NCBI GenBank assembly: GCA_002633005.1
Contig: NMRA01000806.1
Location: 75,987-137,728 of the forward strand
Reading direction: 5' to 3'
DNA length: 61,742 nucleotides
From: Phoronis australis
Lineage: Eukaryota > Animalia > Phoronida
Shown here: positions 26,771 through 39,100 of the stretch, piece by piece
How positions within the stretch are numbered: position 1 is the stretch's first letter
How the letters are laid out: each line of letters begins with the position of its first letter
The notes under the pieces: model-generated
The model's database searches: none
What the model was told of the DNA's origin: nothing
What the model saw: the letters and a program-made list of their open reading frames with translations, nothing else
Made by a program: the position numbers and the translations under genes

Positions 26771-27466
26771 GAAGCAAACTAACTAAAAACTAGCAAAAAT
26801 CATCTCTTTCGCAGACAGTTCGTCAGTCTGGATAAATTAAGCGATGGCGTTCTCACTAGCGTTTTAGCCGCTACACTTTCGTAATTCGTGCCTGTGAGCC
26901 TAACGCGTACATATATGCTCGTTTTGAGACTCCGTTGTCCACAAAGCCATCTCATACCTTTGTTGTGAACTCGGTCCCTTCGGACACAGAAGACTGAATG
27001 GTCGAATGTTCTCCTGCGAAGTCAGCACGGGGGTCCCGTCGGGACGTTGACCTGGTTAAACCGCGTAACATCCTGTATGGTTTCAGTTTGATGTATGTGT
27101 ACCGCCTATGAATAACGACGTAGAGGTCTTTACACTAGGTTGAAGCGTGCGTCTGTTCAACCTATATCACTGCATCCAGAAGTGATTCAATAATTTAAAC
27201 TACATGTACTGGTCTACTGACACATGTAATAATGTGTCCTTGCATAGTCAACGTACGGATCACATGATCATAAGAGCACTGGTTCCTGACTGTAGTCGAG
27301 GTCTTAGTGAAATGTCAAAGAGTAACAGATAACATCACATGACCCCGAGAGTGGAAGTGAAAGAATGACCTGGCCGTCACGTCACCCAAAACGACGTCAT
27401 CCCTGTTGTGTTTATCGCTATGTAGGTCACCCACGTCGAACGGAGGGTACTCCCATTGAAACAGAC

Positions 27467-27590
27467 GTGTGTGCGTGTGCGTGCGTATGCGTGTGTGTGT
27501 GTGTGTGTGTGTGTGCGTGCGTGCATGCGTGTGGGTGGGTGGGTGGGTGTATGCGCGTGTGCGTGTGTGTGCATGCGTGTGTGTGTGTGC
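27467..27590 (+). repeat. Compound (GT)n/(GC) microsatellite
   Basis: Directly visible; abuts the L1 TSD. Confidence 0.95.
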
Positions 27591-27606
27591 TTCAATTTAC
27601 AAATTC

Positions 27607-29379
27607 TGTTACACAGTTCAAGATAACTCATGTGTAGTTCATATGGGTTTCTCTCGGTGCCCGAGGATTATCTTCATTTATTGTTTTTCGCGGGCCTTGG
27701 GCCGAGTCTCCGGATTTTATACATATATGTATGTTATTTAGGCCTATATTGGTGTACTTTTCATGCGATACTTGTTGTAACTCCCAGGTCAAGGTGTTTC
27801 CCCGCGTGCCTTGTTTAGTGAGCGTATACACAACGTGCATGTGACATCTCGAATGGTTTGCATTTGCATATCGATAGGCCTGTTGTTTTTCATTCTCTTT
27901 TCGCTAAGCCGTGTTCTATTACGGTTGCTATAGGTACATGATTACAGGCTCTGCTTGCAGCGGGCTGATCTGTCTTGACTCCATTTGCATATGAGGAACA
28001 TTGGTGAATGTTCATGTATAGTTTCTTGTGTGAGTGTGTGCGTGATTGTGTCAGGGGGAGCTATTCAAATTTTCTCTATGTATATTCATGATCATGGCTA
28101 GCGTACGTTTGTTTTCAATGAACTGCAGGGGCCTTCAAAGTCTTTCCAAACGCAGAGATGTTTTTAATTTTTTACATAATAAACAATTTTCTATATACTG
28201 TTTACAGGACACGCACTTTGTGCCAACCGATGAACCTGTTGTAAAAGCAATGTGGGGCGGTGATGTGATAATGCGCTGTGGTACAAGTAATTCCCGAGGT
28301 GTATGCATACTGTTCAAAAATAATTTTGAGTACGAACTAACAGATATTGCAGGTGACGAAGAGGGTAATCTTTTGATCGTAAATCTTATCATTGAAAAAA
28401 CATTCTCGGTCACATTGATTAATATTTACGGTCCCAATAATGACAATCCAATTTTTTATAAGGAGATTCAGCGCCACCTAGATAATTCTGATGGAACACC
28501 TGTTGTTTTATGTGGGGACTGGAACCTCGTCCAGACTTTTGAATTGGATTGCGTCAATTATGAACGCATTAATAATCTAAACGCCAGACGCAAGGTTCTC
28601 GACATGAGAACAAAACACAATCTTATTGACCCCTGGCGTGTTGCCAATCCTTTTTTGAAGTCTTTCACGTGGAGGAAAACTAACCCTATGAAAAAAGCTA
28701 GGCTTGATTTTTTTCTAATTTCGGAAGAGATCCACGGCATGATAGAGTCTACAGGGATAATACCAGGATATCGAAGTGATCATCATGCCATTACTATTGA
28801 AATTAAAATTACGGAATTCCAGCGCGGCCGAGGTCTATGGCGTTTTAACAATTCTTTATTAAAAGACTCTGACTTTGTTAATCGTGTTAAACAAGTTATA
28901 GACGAGAGTATTGTGGAATATGCCGCTCTACCCTATGACAGGCAAAACGTTCTACATATTCCCAAGGCTGATCTGTGTCTAACCATTGATGATTCTATAT
29001 TCTTCGAAATGTTGCTATTGAGGATCAGATCCGAAACTATATTGTATTCTAAAAAGAAACAATCTGAAACACGGAAAAAAGTAAAGTTTCTTGAAAATCA
29101 AATATCTTATCTTGTAAAATTAGCAGACGAATCTACATCTGGCTTATTCGATACTATTTTAGAACAAAAAATGAGGGATTTGGAAGACTGTAGAGATTAC
29201 ATTATGAGAGGACATCAGATCAGAGCGNGCACCTTTATTTTAATTTACACTACATACAACCAATGGCCCCCCTGTGTATGAATGTGAGCGTGACTGTGTG
29301 CGTGAATGTTTATACTGTTTGGCTTTATTGTATTTGCATTACGATAACAATAAAACTTTTTGACAAAAAAAAAAAAAAA
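27607..29379 (+). mobile_element. 5'-truncated L1/Tx1-clade LINE; ORF2 APE endonuclease present, RT absent at an N
   Basis: AATAAA at 29349, poly(A) at 29365-29379, 13-bp direct repeat aatttacaaattc at 27594-27606 and 29378-29390. Confidence 0.88.
28088..29227 (+). CDS. LINE ORF2 N-terminal APE-type endonuclease and linker (partial)
   Basis: Motifs SMNCRGL, CLQDTH, SRGVCIL, NIYGPN, GDWN, DPWR, RLDFFLIS, SDH, GLWRFNNSLL; uninterrupted up to the N at 29228. Confidence 0.92.
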
Positions 29380-29663
29380 TTTACAAATTCACAACTCGGA
29401 CCACTTTCCCCGGCCATGAAAGGGTGCATAATTCTCCGAGTCATAAAAATTCCCTGCTATTGCCGCACTTTTTCCAACATTGTTCTATACACAATGTTCA
29501 CTTTAGGAAAGGGATTTTCAATGTTAAACTTTTGTTTCTGACGATGTAGTCAAATTTAACATTATGGCATCTATTTTTGTAGTGTTCCCGAACGGGTTAA
29601 AATTCCGTGGCGGACGGTTCAAGAATCCCTATCTGCATGAGCTCCGAGTAAGGTAAGTTAGTT

Positions 29664-29898
29664 CATGCGCGCACCCAGGCCGGGGGGNAAAGGGTCCGCC
29701 TCAGAGAAACAAAAAGTCCCAGAAAACGAGACAGAAGTCTACAGGAATTGGGTGCGAATGCACAATTCACAGGTCTGAACATATAGTACCCTTGCGTTTT
29801 TGTTTTGTTTTTTTGAGTCCCCGTTTCTTTTTTCAATAAAAGGTCCACATACTGAAACGTTCGAGTCCCCGGCACATTTTAGGCTGGGTGCGCGCGTG
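29664..29898. mobile_element. MITE with family B-like termini
   Basis: catgcgcgcacccag / ctgggtgcgcgcgtg inverted termini; no TSD seen; contains an N. Confidence 0.6.
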
Positions 29899-30682
29899 AG
29901 GCTTATGGAAGTTTGTAGCTGGCAGCTATAAAAGTTTAATGTTTCTGGAACAAAACCACTGCAAAAAGGCCACCGCAACGGTTGCCATGCAAACGCCCTG
30001 AAACCCTTTTTTTCAAGACCACTCTATACGGGAGAAGTATCCTATCTTTCCAGCTGCACTCTCGACAAAATATTCATGGTCAGCTCCATGACCCTTTTGC
30101 CAGGTCCAGGTCTAGATTCTAAATGTTCGCATGGAAGCTGCTGACGTGGTCACACGGACGACGGAGTTTACTGGCAACCACGAAGCAGAATGCCTCAAAG
30201 TAACTCCGATATTTCTTGCGAGAAAAGCGAGATCACGCAAATCAGACCATGAGGAAAATAAATGTAAATAATTCGCGCACACGTTCGGAAGCCTTATTAG
30301 CTAATCGTAGCAAGGTGATAGCGGTCGGCGGAATTGGTCGGTGAGGTAGGAAGGTTGAATTAAGGGATGTTCCTAGGCGTTTTTACTTGATGAACATGTC
30401 GAAGGCATTGCAAACGGAAAAAAAAATGTCTTCTGAAGCAAGGAAGTGTGTGTCTAGGGCTCGATCGCGACCATAAGACCAATAAGTTCGTTAGTTAAGT
30501 AGAATGACAGAAGGCAATCGAAGTTTTTGTTTCGATCAATTCCGAACAAAGAAAGCGGTTCGTAGCAATGAAATTTATCTTGGCATGAAACAGTTAGAAA
30601 ATGCTATTGCTAATCAGAGACCTGCAAATTCTGGTGAAGTACTTGTCTCAATTCAGGGAGTTGTTTGAAATGGAATTGCAGA

Positions 30683-30820
30683 GCACTGATACGCCGTCAC
30701 AATTTTGTTACATTCTACGTTGCTACGTCTCTCCGAAAATGTAAAAAGTTGTTACATTTTACGTTGAATGCACATGCGAGAAATGTACCATTGCATTTTA
30801 CGAAACCAACGTCATATTAC
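30683..30820. repeat. Dispersed repeat; inverted copy at ~46262-46442
   Basis: gcactgatacgccgt...ttgttacatttt...aacgtcatatt matches the reverse complement of 46262-46442. Confidence 0.7.
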
Positions 30821-31249
30821 AAGGAAAATGACCAAAATCACGGAGTGGTATCTGACGCGGCCGGGGGTACAGGAGTATTTTTGGACGAGGGGTGCCGCGC
30901 TAAAAACTTTCGATACCTACCAGTTTAGAGAGTGGGCTCGGACAAAAACTGACCAATTTAGAGACACTAATTTTGTGTAAAAATTCATATTTTCGCACAG
31001 TTCAGTTACAAAAATTTAGAAAAGGCACACTTTAAGATAACATTTTAGCGAAAATGAAACTATTTTGTAGTTTTTTGCTGTGAAAAAACCTTTTGGGCGG
31101 CACTTTTCGTATACCTCTTCTATAGGGATGCCATCCGGGCTGACATGACATGAATTTGGCTACCCATTATCATTTTATTAGCATTACATTACTATTACAA
31201 CTATTTGTACTATTACTTCTATTACTACCTTTACTACCCTTACGAAAAA

Positions 31250-31905
31250 TTCCAATAGGACTTCCTATTGGATTCCTATAGGAAATCCAATAGGATATCT
31301 ATATATGTTACAAATGGTGCACTAAACTGGAGCTACAAAAGACCTGTGTGTTCTTTTTTGCTTTTTCAAAATATGTTCAAGTAACTTATTATATAAATGC
31401 TGAATGCTATACGCTTTTACAAGTTGATCTCTGATAGTCAACGTTGTAAGCTTATGTCGAGTGTTTTTATTGCTGTAAAGATAACAGTTCATTGAATCGC
31501 TTTTTATTGACATCTGTTGTCCAGTTGAGAAACTGTCCATTTTAGCCACTAAGCCATACACATCATCAAAACGTTTCCTTAGAAGTTTAGACACAACTTT
31601 ATAATTTATAACACCAGAAATGACACAGCTATAATGACAGATATATATGTTACGTTATTTTTATGTTTTAATAGGAAATTCAGTAGGATTCTATCAGTCC
31701 AATAAGATCCCAATAGGATAAGTTAGGAATCCTATAGGATTTCCCATAGGAATTTTCTATGGGATTTCCTAAAGCTTCCAATAGGAAATCCTATAGAAAT
31801 CCTTCAGGATATCCTATGAGAAACCCTATAGGAATTCTTATAAGACTTGAATATATCCAGTAGGCAGTTCAATAGAATTCTACAGGAAGTTCAATAGGAT
31901 TCTAT
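31250..31905. repeat. Two blocks of degenerate ~12-bp repeats built on the palindrome TCCTATAGGA
   Basis: Blocks at ~31250-31300 and ~31670-31905. Confidence 0.8.
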
Positions 31906-33116
31906 GAAGCAATTAACATGCATGTATTAAGACTCGCCTGAATATTAAAATTTACAAAAATTAATGACTCAGAAGAGCTGAAATTAGATAAAAACAAATA
32001 GATATTTTACTATATAGTTTTAGGCTATTTGTTTGTTAAAATGCTTAGAAATCAGATTTGTGATTAAATTCCTACTATTACTACTATTACCATTATCGTT
32101 ATCGTTATCATTATTATTAATATCAATAATTTTGGATTTATTTAACTAGGACACAGTGCAATATGCACAATACATGTTTCGCAAAGTGCTGATACATCAT
32201 GATCTTAAAAGATGATAAAATCATCTCATTTATGGTTCAATGTTTTCACCGGGCTTCGCATAGTGGACAGTGAGTGTTGTTTCAAAATGGTTTTAAAGGG
32301 GTTCCTATATTCAGCCCTAATGATATTGTGAGAAACGTCTTGTCAGCTGTGAATGTTGGGTTGGCCTACTTTTTGGAAACGAGGAGGTTGAGATTTAAAG
32401 TCTTGTTTAGACGTGCGCCAACATCAAAAATTGATTATTTTTGAACTATTGACAAGCACGGTATTGTTTGTAAATATAACTATATCCTCCTGTAGTTTGC
32501 CACGAAGAACTGAATTCAGACCGTAATCATTTACTTGCGACTTACTTCTAAACGTCAGGATATCCACCGTGTAATCATTTTTGTCTGTTGTTGAAAACAT
32601 TCTTTTTCAAAGAACTGGGCTCGTTCCTCTATGATGTGTAATTTCAAAAAAATCTGCCCAAAACCACGCGTGTTGTCGACAGCTAGCTGCAACAAAAAAA
32701 TGGCGCCTCATGAGACACGTGGCTTCTCGTCCATTAATAGGAGAATGTCCCATCTTTGTCATTATTTATATTTGTGTTTTTTATGTTCAATAGGATTGAT
32801 AAGCATGCAACAATGCCACGTTTGTTAGATTACCGATATTTTATCGCATTCTCATTTAGTATTACCGCACGTTGCCGTAGGCACAAACCGAGTCATAGCG
32901 CAATGTGTACCTGAACCTCGTTATTGCAAGTGAGAAAGGTAACGATACTGCGAGTTCACTAAGTCGTTTACGCCGTCTCAGTCGCAAAAGACATCACGCT
33001 AGTTCGTGTTCGCGGGAAGACCCGACTTGACACGCGTTGTCTACGATATACTTTAAAATCGAAAGCGATTTATGAGTAATTTGTGTTCACAAAACTTGCA
33101 TAAGCCAAAAACAGAA

Positions 33117-33186
33117 ATGAACCTGTGTTTTGTAACACTGCCCACGTTTGCTTGGATTTCGTTGCAACTTGTGGGAAAATGTGATG
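33117..33186 (+). CDS. CCP gene exon 1, signal peptide (MNLCFVTLPTFAWISLQLVGKCD)
   Basis: ATG, hydrophobic 23 codons, gtaagt donor in phase 1. Confidence 0.7.
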
Positions 33187-36100
33187 GTAAGTAAATAATT
33201 ATTATCTGACTTGAAAATAACGAAAATATTTATACGAACTTTGAATATTGTTATCATTGAAGGGACATAAATGACATGCTATAAATTTGATTTTAATTTC
33301 GTAGCTGAAACATTATTACCGTGTATGCGGGTATTTTTAAAAAGCTCATGCGTATCATAAGAACACAACATTCACTGCATGCATGAAGGTGGTGTTTTGA
33401 GACTAGACATCCGCTGTTCGCTAGCGTATCAGTCCATAGGATTTCATATTAACGCAGTTGCTAGAGTTCAAGTTCTTCGTCTTCTTATTAGCCGTTGTCC
33501 ACATCGCGCAAAGTCGTCTAACAGGCTCTCACTAACAATATCCGATTCGTGTTCGTCTACGTTTGGGTGTTCTGTTCTTAGCTAGTCCACTAGTCGCAAC
33601 AGCACGGTGCGGCGTAAATAAATCGGAGAATCTAAACGATTTGATCTTTGAATTACTTATCGTGCACTTTCCTTTGTTACATGTAGAATCGTCTGTTACA
33701 GTAGATTGAGCTAACTGGATACACAAACAGTGAATACTTTTGACTGTCGAATCCCAAGTAAATAATTAATAACTAAATTCCCTGCCTAAATTGCTATGTT
33801 AGGGAACATTTGTTTCGTTTCAATATCTTTGGAAGTTTTATCTCTTTTCAAAGTATTTTACTTTAATTTTATAGATGGGCATAAGCTGTCTTACAACATC
33901 TCTTGTGGCGTTTTGTTATTGTCCATGGTCTTACCAGAGATCATGATTTTTGTTTTACTTATTTTGTATTCTCTATTACTTGTATTCGTCAGATTAATGA
34001 CCTTATTTCACCTATCTCGGGCTTTCTTCTCCTCTGGTAACGAGCGTGCGACGCACGTATCATTTATAAACTATTCGGGATATATGTCGATCATAAATTA
34101 AGATTATAGTGATCACACCTCTCTCCTGAAAAGGAGGCTGATAAAATAAGAACGTAAACAGACCTGTGGACGTGACGGTTCCCTAGCAACTGAATGATAC
34201 GGTGCAATGCATATTGTAATACTATGAATGGGGATGTATTTTCAGTTTAAATAACAATCCAGTTTGTAATGTAACCGGTAACATGACTGACGACACCGTC
34301 TGACTGAGAACACAACAATGCAGAGTTGTTTCCGAAACGATCTCACCGGGGACAACCTCATGTGGGACAAGTGCACTCGCACTGTACATGGGCGGCGCAG
34401 CACTGAGAAAAGTGGTGCTATAGCCCCNCCATTCGGCCAGAGGTCAACGCTATATGTAATTCCCCCTCCCCTCCAAATCCCGTCGGCACTCGTGTTTGCT
34501 TCGCTCGTACAATTCCCTTCCTTGTCGACACCAGTTAACACCCAATTAACAGATTTACCTTGACCTTCTCGGCGGCCACTTAATGACCGAGGAGGCGCTC
34601 GCTACCATGCCCCCTCCCGGCCGCTTCCTACGACTATGACCACCGCAAAGGCTGTCAAACCACGCAGCGTATCTCTTTCCACTCTCTCCCAGTGAAGGAT
34701 CTTGGATGTTACAAGGGCGCCTGGCCACGTTTTCCAAAGGAGAAATGTTCAGATGTCAAATATCCTGAAAGCATATGCAGGCGGCTTCGCTTAGTTTAGC
34801 TGGCACCTTTCTTGTTTTTTGAAAATGGTTTGAAATGGTACTAAAGAATAAATCAACTGCCATGTATTTCGCCAACCTGGTCACTGCAAAGTGCCACTCA
34901 TTTCAGTAAACCTCCTCACCTCCACTCCGCCAATCTTGCGTGTTCCCACTTTCCAATTCAGCCTCCGCACACCCCATTACCAGGTTCGTTCCTCCCCCCA
35001 GTCTTCACCAATTCACCACCTCCCCTTGTAATGAATTGTATTCATGAGCTTCCCGGCACAAGCTGCGAATAAGGACAATCAACTGAGACATCATCATAAT
35101 ACGAGCCTTCTAATAATCACTGTGGCATAAATATCGCTGTAAAACTAGGCAAAAAATACCAAGAAGAAAAATAGCGAGATGATGCTATGACGTGATTTAT
35201 CGAAACAAACAGCTTTGTCAGACGGAGTAAATGGCTAACCTGCCCATCAGCAGGTGGACATTGAGGATTTGTCTCTTGTGGTTTGCCTGCTCAACTAGCT
35301 AAGCCCGACATCCAGCTCCGAAATCGCTGACAAGCTTTAAAATTCTATTTTCTGATTTTGAACACTGTGTTTGGTTCCCTTAAAAATGAGCATTTTAGTC
35401 ACAAATGTTTGTTTGCAGAAGTAGGTCATTTCAGCTATTTGGTCATCTTTTTTGAAGGAACGGCGTGTGATTCACCTCAGATCGAAAATGGAAATGTTAC
35501 CTTGAGCTGGCACCTAGGGGTACAAGAAGCAAAGATCACGTGCAACGAAAAGTATGATCTTATCAGCAGTGAAATTATCACGTGCAACAATGTGACTGGT
35601 CGTTGGCCCGATCGTGTCTTTTGTGGTGAGTATGGACAATAAAGCAGTCTGATTGACAGCCCTTTTGTATTAAAGAGTTTGCTGATAGTTGAATGGGACC
35701 GTGTTGACGAATTCACTTTTTTGTAAAATTTCAGGGATCAGATATTCCGCTTTTATATTTCCTCATGTAAAAAGAATACTTTTACGAGAGAGCAAATTGT
35801 AATAGGTCTGTCCAAAGCGTGGCACTCTAACTGTTCGAGTTTTGGAACGCACTTTGAATGAAGTACTCAATCTTACTTTATGAACAATAGTTAACTTGAA
35901 TGAAGTACCGAAGCCTAAATTTCCAGCTTGTAGTGAATAACTCATTTCAGTCACTTCCTTGCGACATACGCAAGTCCCAACTCTCCGAGATATTTTATCT
36001 TACAAATGTGGCAGAGTGTTATTGTCCTATGGAGCCGTAATGTTAAAACAGTCGATGGGTCCATCGACAAAAACGTACAGTGAATACATGTCGTTGCCTT

Positions 36101-39100
36101 ATAAGTTAAATAATTCAGGAGGGGTGGGTTCTAGCTGTGCTTCTAAACTTTGACACACATGGTTTGACCTCAGTTAAAATTTTGCACACAATGTCATTTT
36201 CTGTGTTGTTGCATTCAGTTTTGCAGGCGACACTCGCAGATGTACTGCACTGTACGTGTAACTGATTCGCGCGGTAAAAAAATGCAAACATTGGTTAAAG
36301 GGTAGAAACATCCAGTCTTACAAAAAGTGGAAAATGCCTGGAAAACATCTTGTCGTCAACTGCTAGACAGCGTAACATTTTAAAGAATTGCCAAGTATTT
36401 AGGGCTTTTATCCTCAAACTTTCGCTCAAATATAGGCGGCGCTGCGGCTGACTAAGTGGTGACTCTTAAAGAGGAATAAATGTTTATATACTTTGCATGT
36501 TTCCCAATCCCTTTAACCTATTTTCAATCTTACATGAAACATTATCGTATTTCCGACCATAACAAATTCATAAACGCTCTATTTTCGTTTTTTCATCGTC
36601 AGCACTAACAATTTGGGTCGACCTCGATACTTTGCCGTTAATCAACTGCTCAAGGGACTCGCCGGCCGATATTGATCACAGCATATCTGTCATCAGCGCT
36701 TTCTCTAGAGCGAATAGCTCCTATACATGTGTCAAGAACGTATCCGGCCTCATCTCGAACAGATGTGACACAAAAACCTTATGCGTTTTACCGGTGATTC
36801 CGAATGGTATCCTTAATGATACCATATGTCACGGTGCTGACGCACAGCTGCGCCTCCAGTACATCTGTAAGAAAGGTGGGTGACACAATAAGCATTTTGG
36901 ACAACCTGTAGTATGTTGATGTCATATTTGACCAAAAGCTGTGTTCATTGCATGTATTTCATTTACTGGTAAAATTACGTTTTCATGCCACAAAAGATTC
37001 CTATTCTCGTGATTACAGTAAAACAGTGAGCCTACTCTCAGTCACTCAATAACTTTTCAACGATTAGGGCCCATAACAAACGGAAAAGAGAAAATCTTGA
37101 ACTCACCTGTTTAAAATATAGTTGTCAGATCAACAGAATTTGAAAATTTGATATGCAAAACTTACGTTTGTGGAAATTACGCGACATCCGTGAAAGGTCA
37201 AGAATTTTTGGAAAAACGCAGTCACATGATTACGAACATCATCGGCCTATTTTACGAAAATATTCTTGATAATGACTTTGACATTTTAAGGCCAAACTTA
37301 AGTCTAAGACCTAGGTTCTTTTGCCATATCTTTAATCGAAAGAAGACGGTCTTCCATTTGAGACTGTTTAGGTACATAAAATGGAAATGTTGATGTTTGT
37401 TTGTAATGGAAAACGCGTTTCTAGAGCGTGGAATTTCTTAAAATGTTGTTAAAAACTGTCATTGAAATGGAGTCCGTTTGACTTCAACACCAATCACATA
37501 CATGTAATACACATACGGTGTGCACTGCCCTATTAAGACGTAGGGTGGCTTTGGAATCTGCCATCATACTGGCTACAACCTGATTGTGTTCTATCAGCAA
37601 CTTCGGATACACTCGCACTTTGTACAGTGAAGATTCATTTCACTCCTTCAGTGCGAGTGCAATTCACACGTAATACGGGTGCAGTGCTTCCGTTCCCTAG
37701 ACATCAGCTTGACTCCCATTAAATACTACTGTAGCGCGTACAGAGGTATAAAAGGTCTTCATTACAACTAGCCACCATATTCTTCCCATGGCAACAAAAT
37801 ATTGTGCCAGTGGGACTTTCTGTACAGCAATTCCACCTCAACGCTAACGCTGAAGTGCTAAGACATTGATGCATTTTCATCCTAGTTTCACTTACCTGGT
37901 TCCATTTCAAATGTCCAACATGTGGCTGCTTTAAGTTCAGAATACTAGGAAGTTCTCAACACCACAAAAGAAGCAATTTCATGTTTCTCATGCAAACCCA
38001 ATCTGACTTGCCCTATCACCAAATGCGTACCACGTCTATGAAAACTAAAAAATACAAAGCACTGTTCCTATGGCGTGCGTGTTAACGTTTATTTTTTTTC
38101 TGGCAGTGGAGGTGAATGGTCAACACAAGATTTGCCCGCCACCAAGCGTTAGGCACGGAGTCACGATTACAACTAATCGTTCCAACTATAGGGACATTGC
38201 ACGGTTTAGCTGCAGTCAGGGATACAAGTTGTACGGTCTCGACTATGCGATTTGTGAAGTTTCCGGTAGTTGGTCTACATTGCCTACTTGTAAAAGTAGT
38301 AAGTTATACAATTTTTGCTTATGGTCTGTAGTGAGATTTGTCTTTCTGCACCAGAACGCTGATCTTTCTGGGGTCATTGAATTAATGATTAGCGTTGCAT
38401 GACTACATCATGAAATATTCTAATTACAATCTCTGTTAAAGTCATTTTTGAATGTATAATTATCGGTTTTCACCATTTGCAATGTCAGTACTGATATTTT
38501 CTTACATAAGACGACTGTTAGGCCTAATCCTGTCACGCATGCTTGTTAAAAGAACACAATCGATTTACGGCAAAATGCATTTCGGGAATTACTTTTGAGG
38601 ATGACTGACTTCTTGAAGGTCTGGCCTTAGACTAGAGGTATAGAAAGCAAACTCTGATGTGTTTTTGTGGTTTCACGTCATGAAAATGGCCAACGCCGGA
38701 CTAAAAAACCGAGTATGTTAGAGCAAAATGTGAATGCCCGAAGCACAATAGAGGAGCAACTTCTCTAGTATAAGCATTTCTGAATCAAATCGAGCATCGG
38801 TTTTCCGTGCGAAACAGGTTAAAAATTTATACAAATGCCGAGGTAGACAGTCTGGTGGGTTTGCATTCCTCTCCAATCTTCCAGAAATAGCTTGACATTC
38901 CATTTCACACGTGAATGATCATCAGCTCAAATCGATACCACTTTTGAAAAAATTATGTTTGCAGTTTTAGATTAATTAACCTATTGAATCTGTCGCAGAG
39001 TCAAACTTTTTGGAATGATCTTGATTAATCGGCATGATTGTACAAATGTCTTTTCCCTAAATTTCCAAATCCGCTTTGAAGTTCGGATAACTGGATATCA

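Noticed and set aside
27365-27741. Cys/Val- and His/Thr-rich ORFs (metallothionein-like look)
   Set aside because: Translations of a GT microsatellite.
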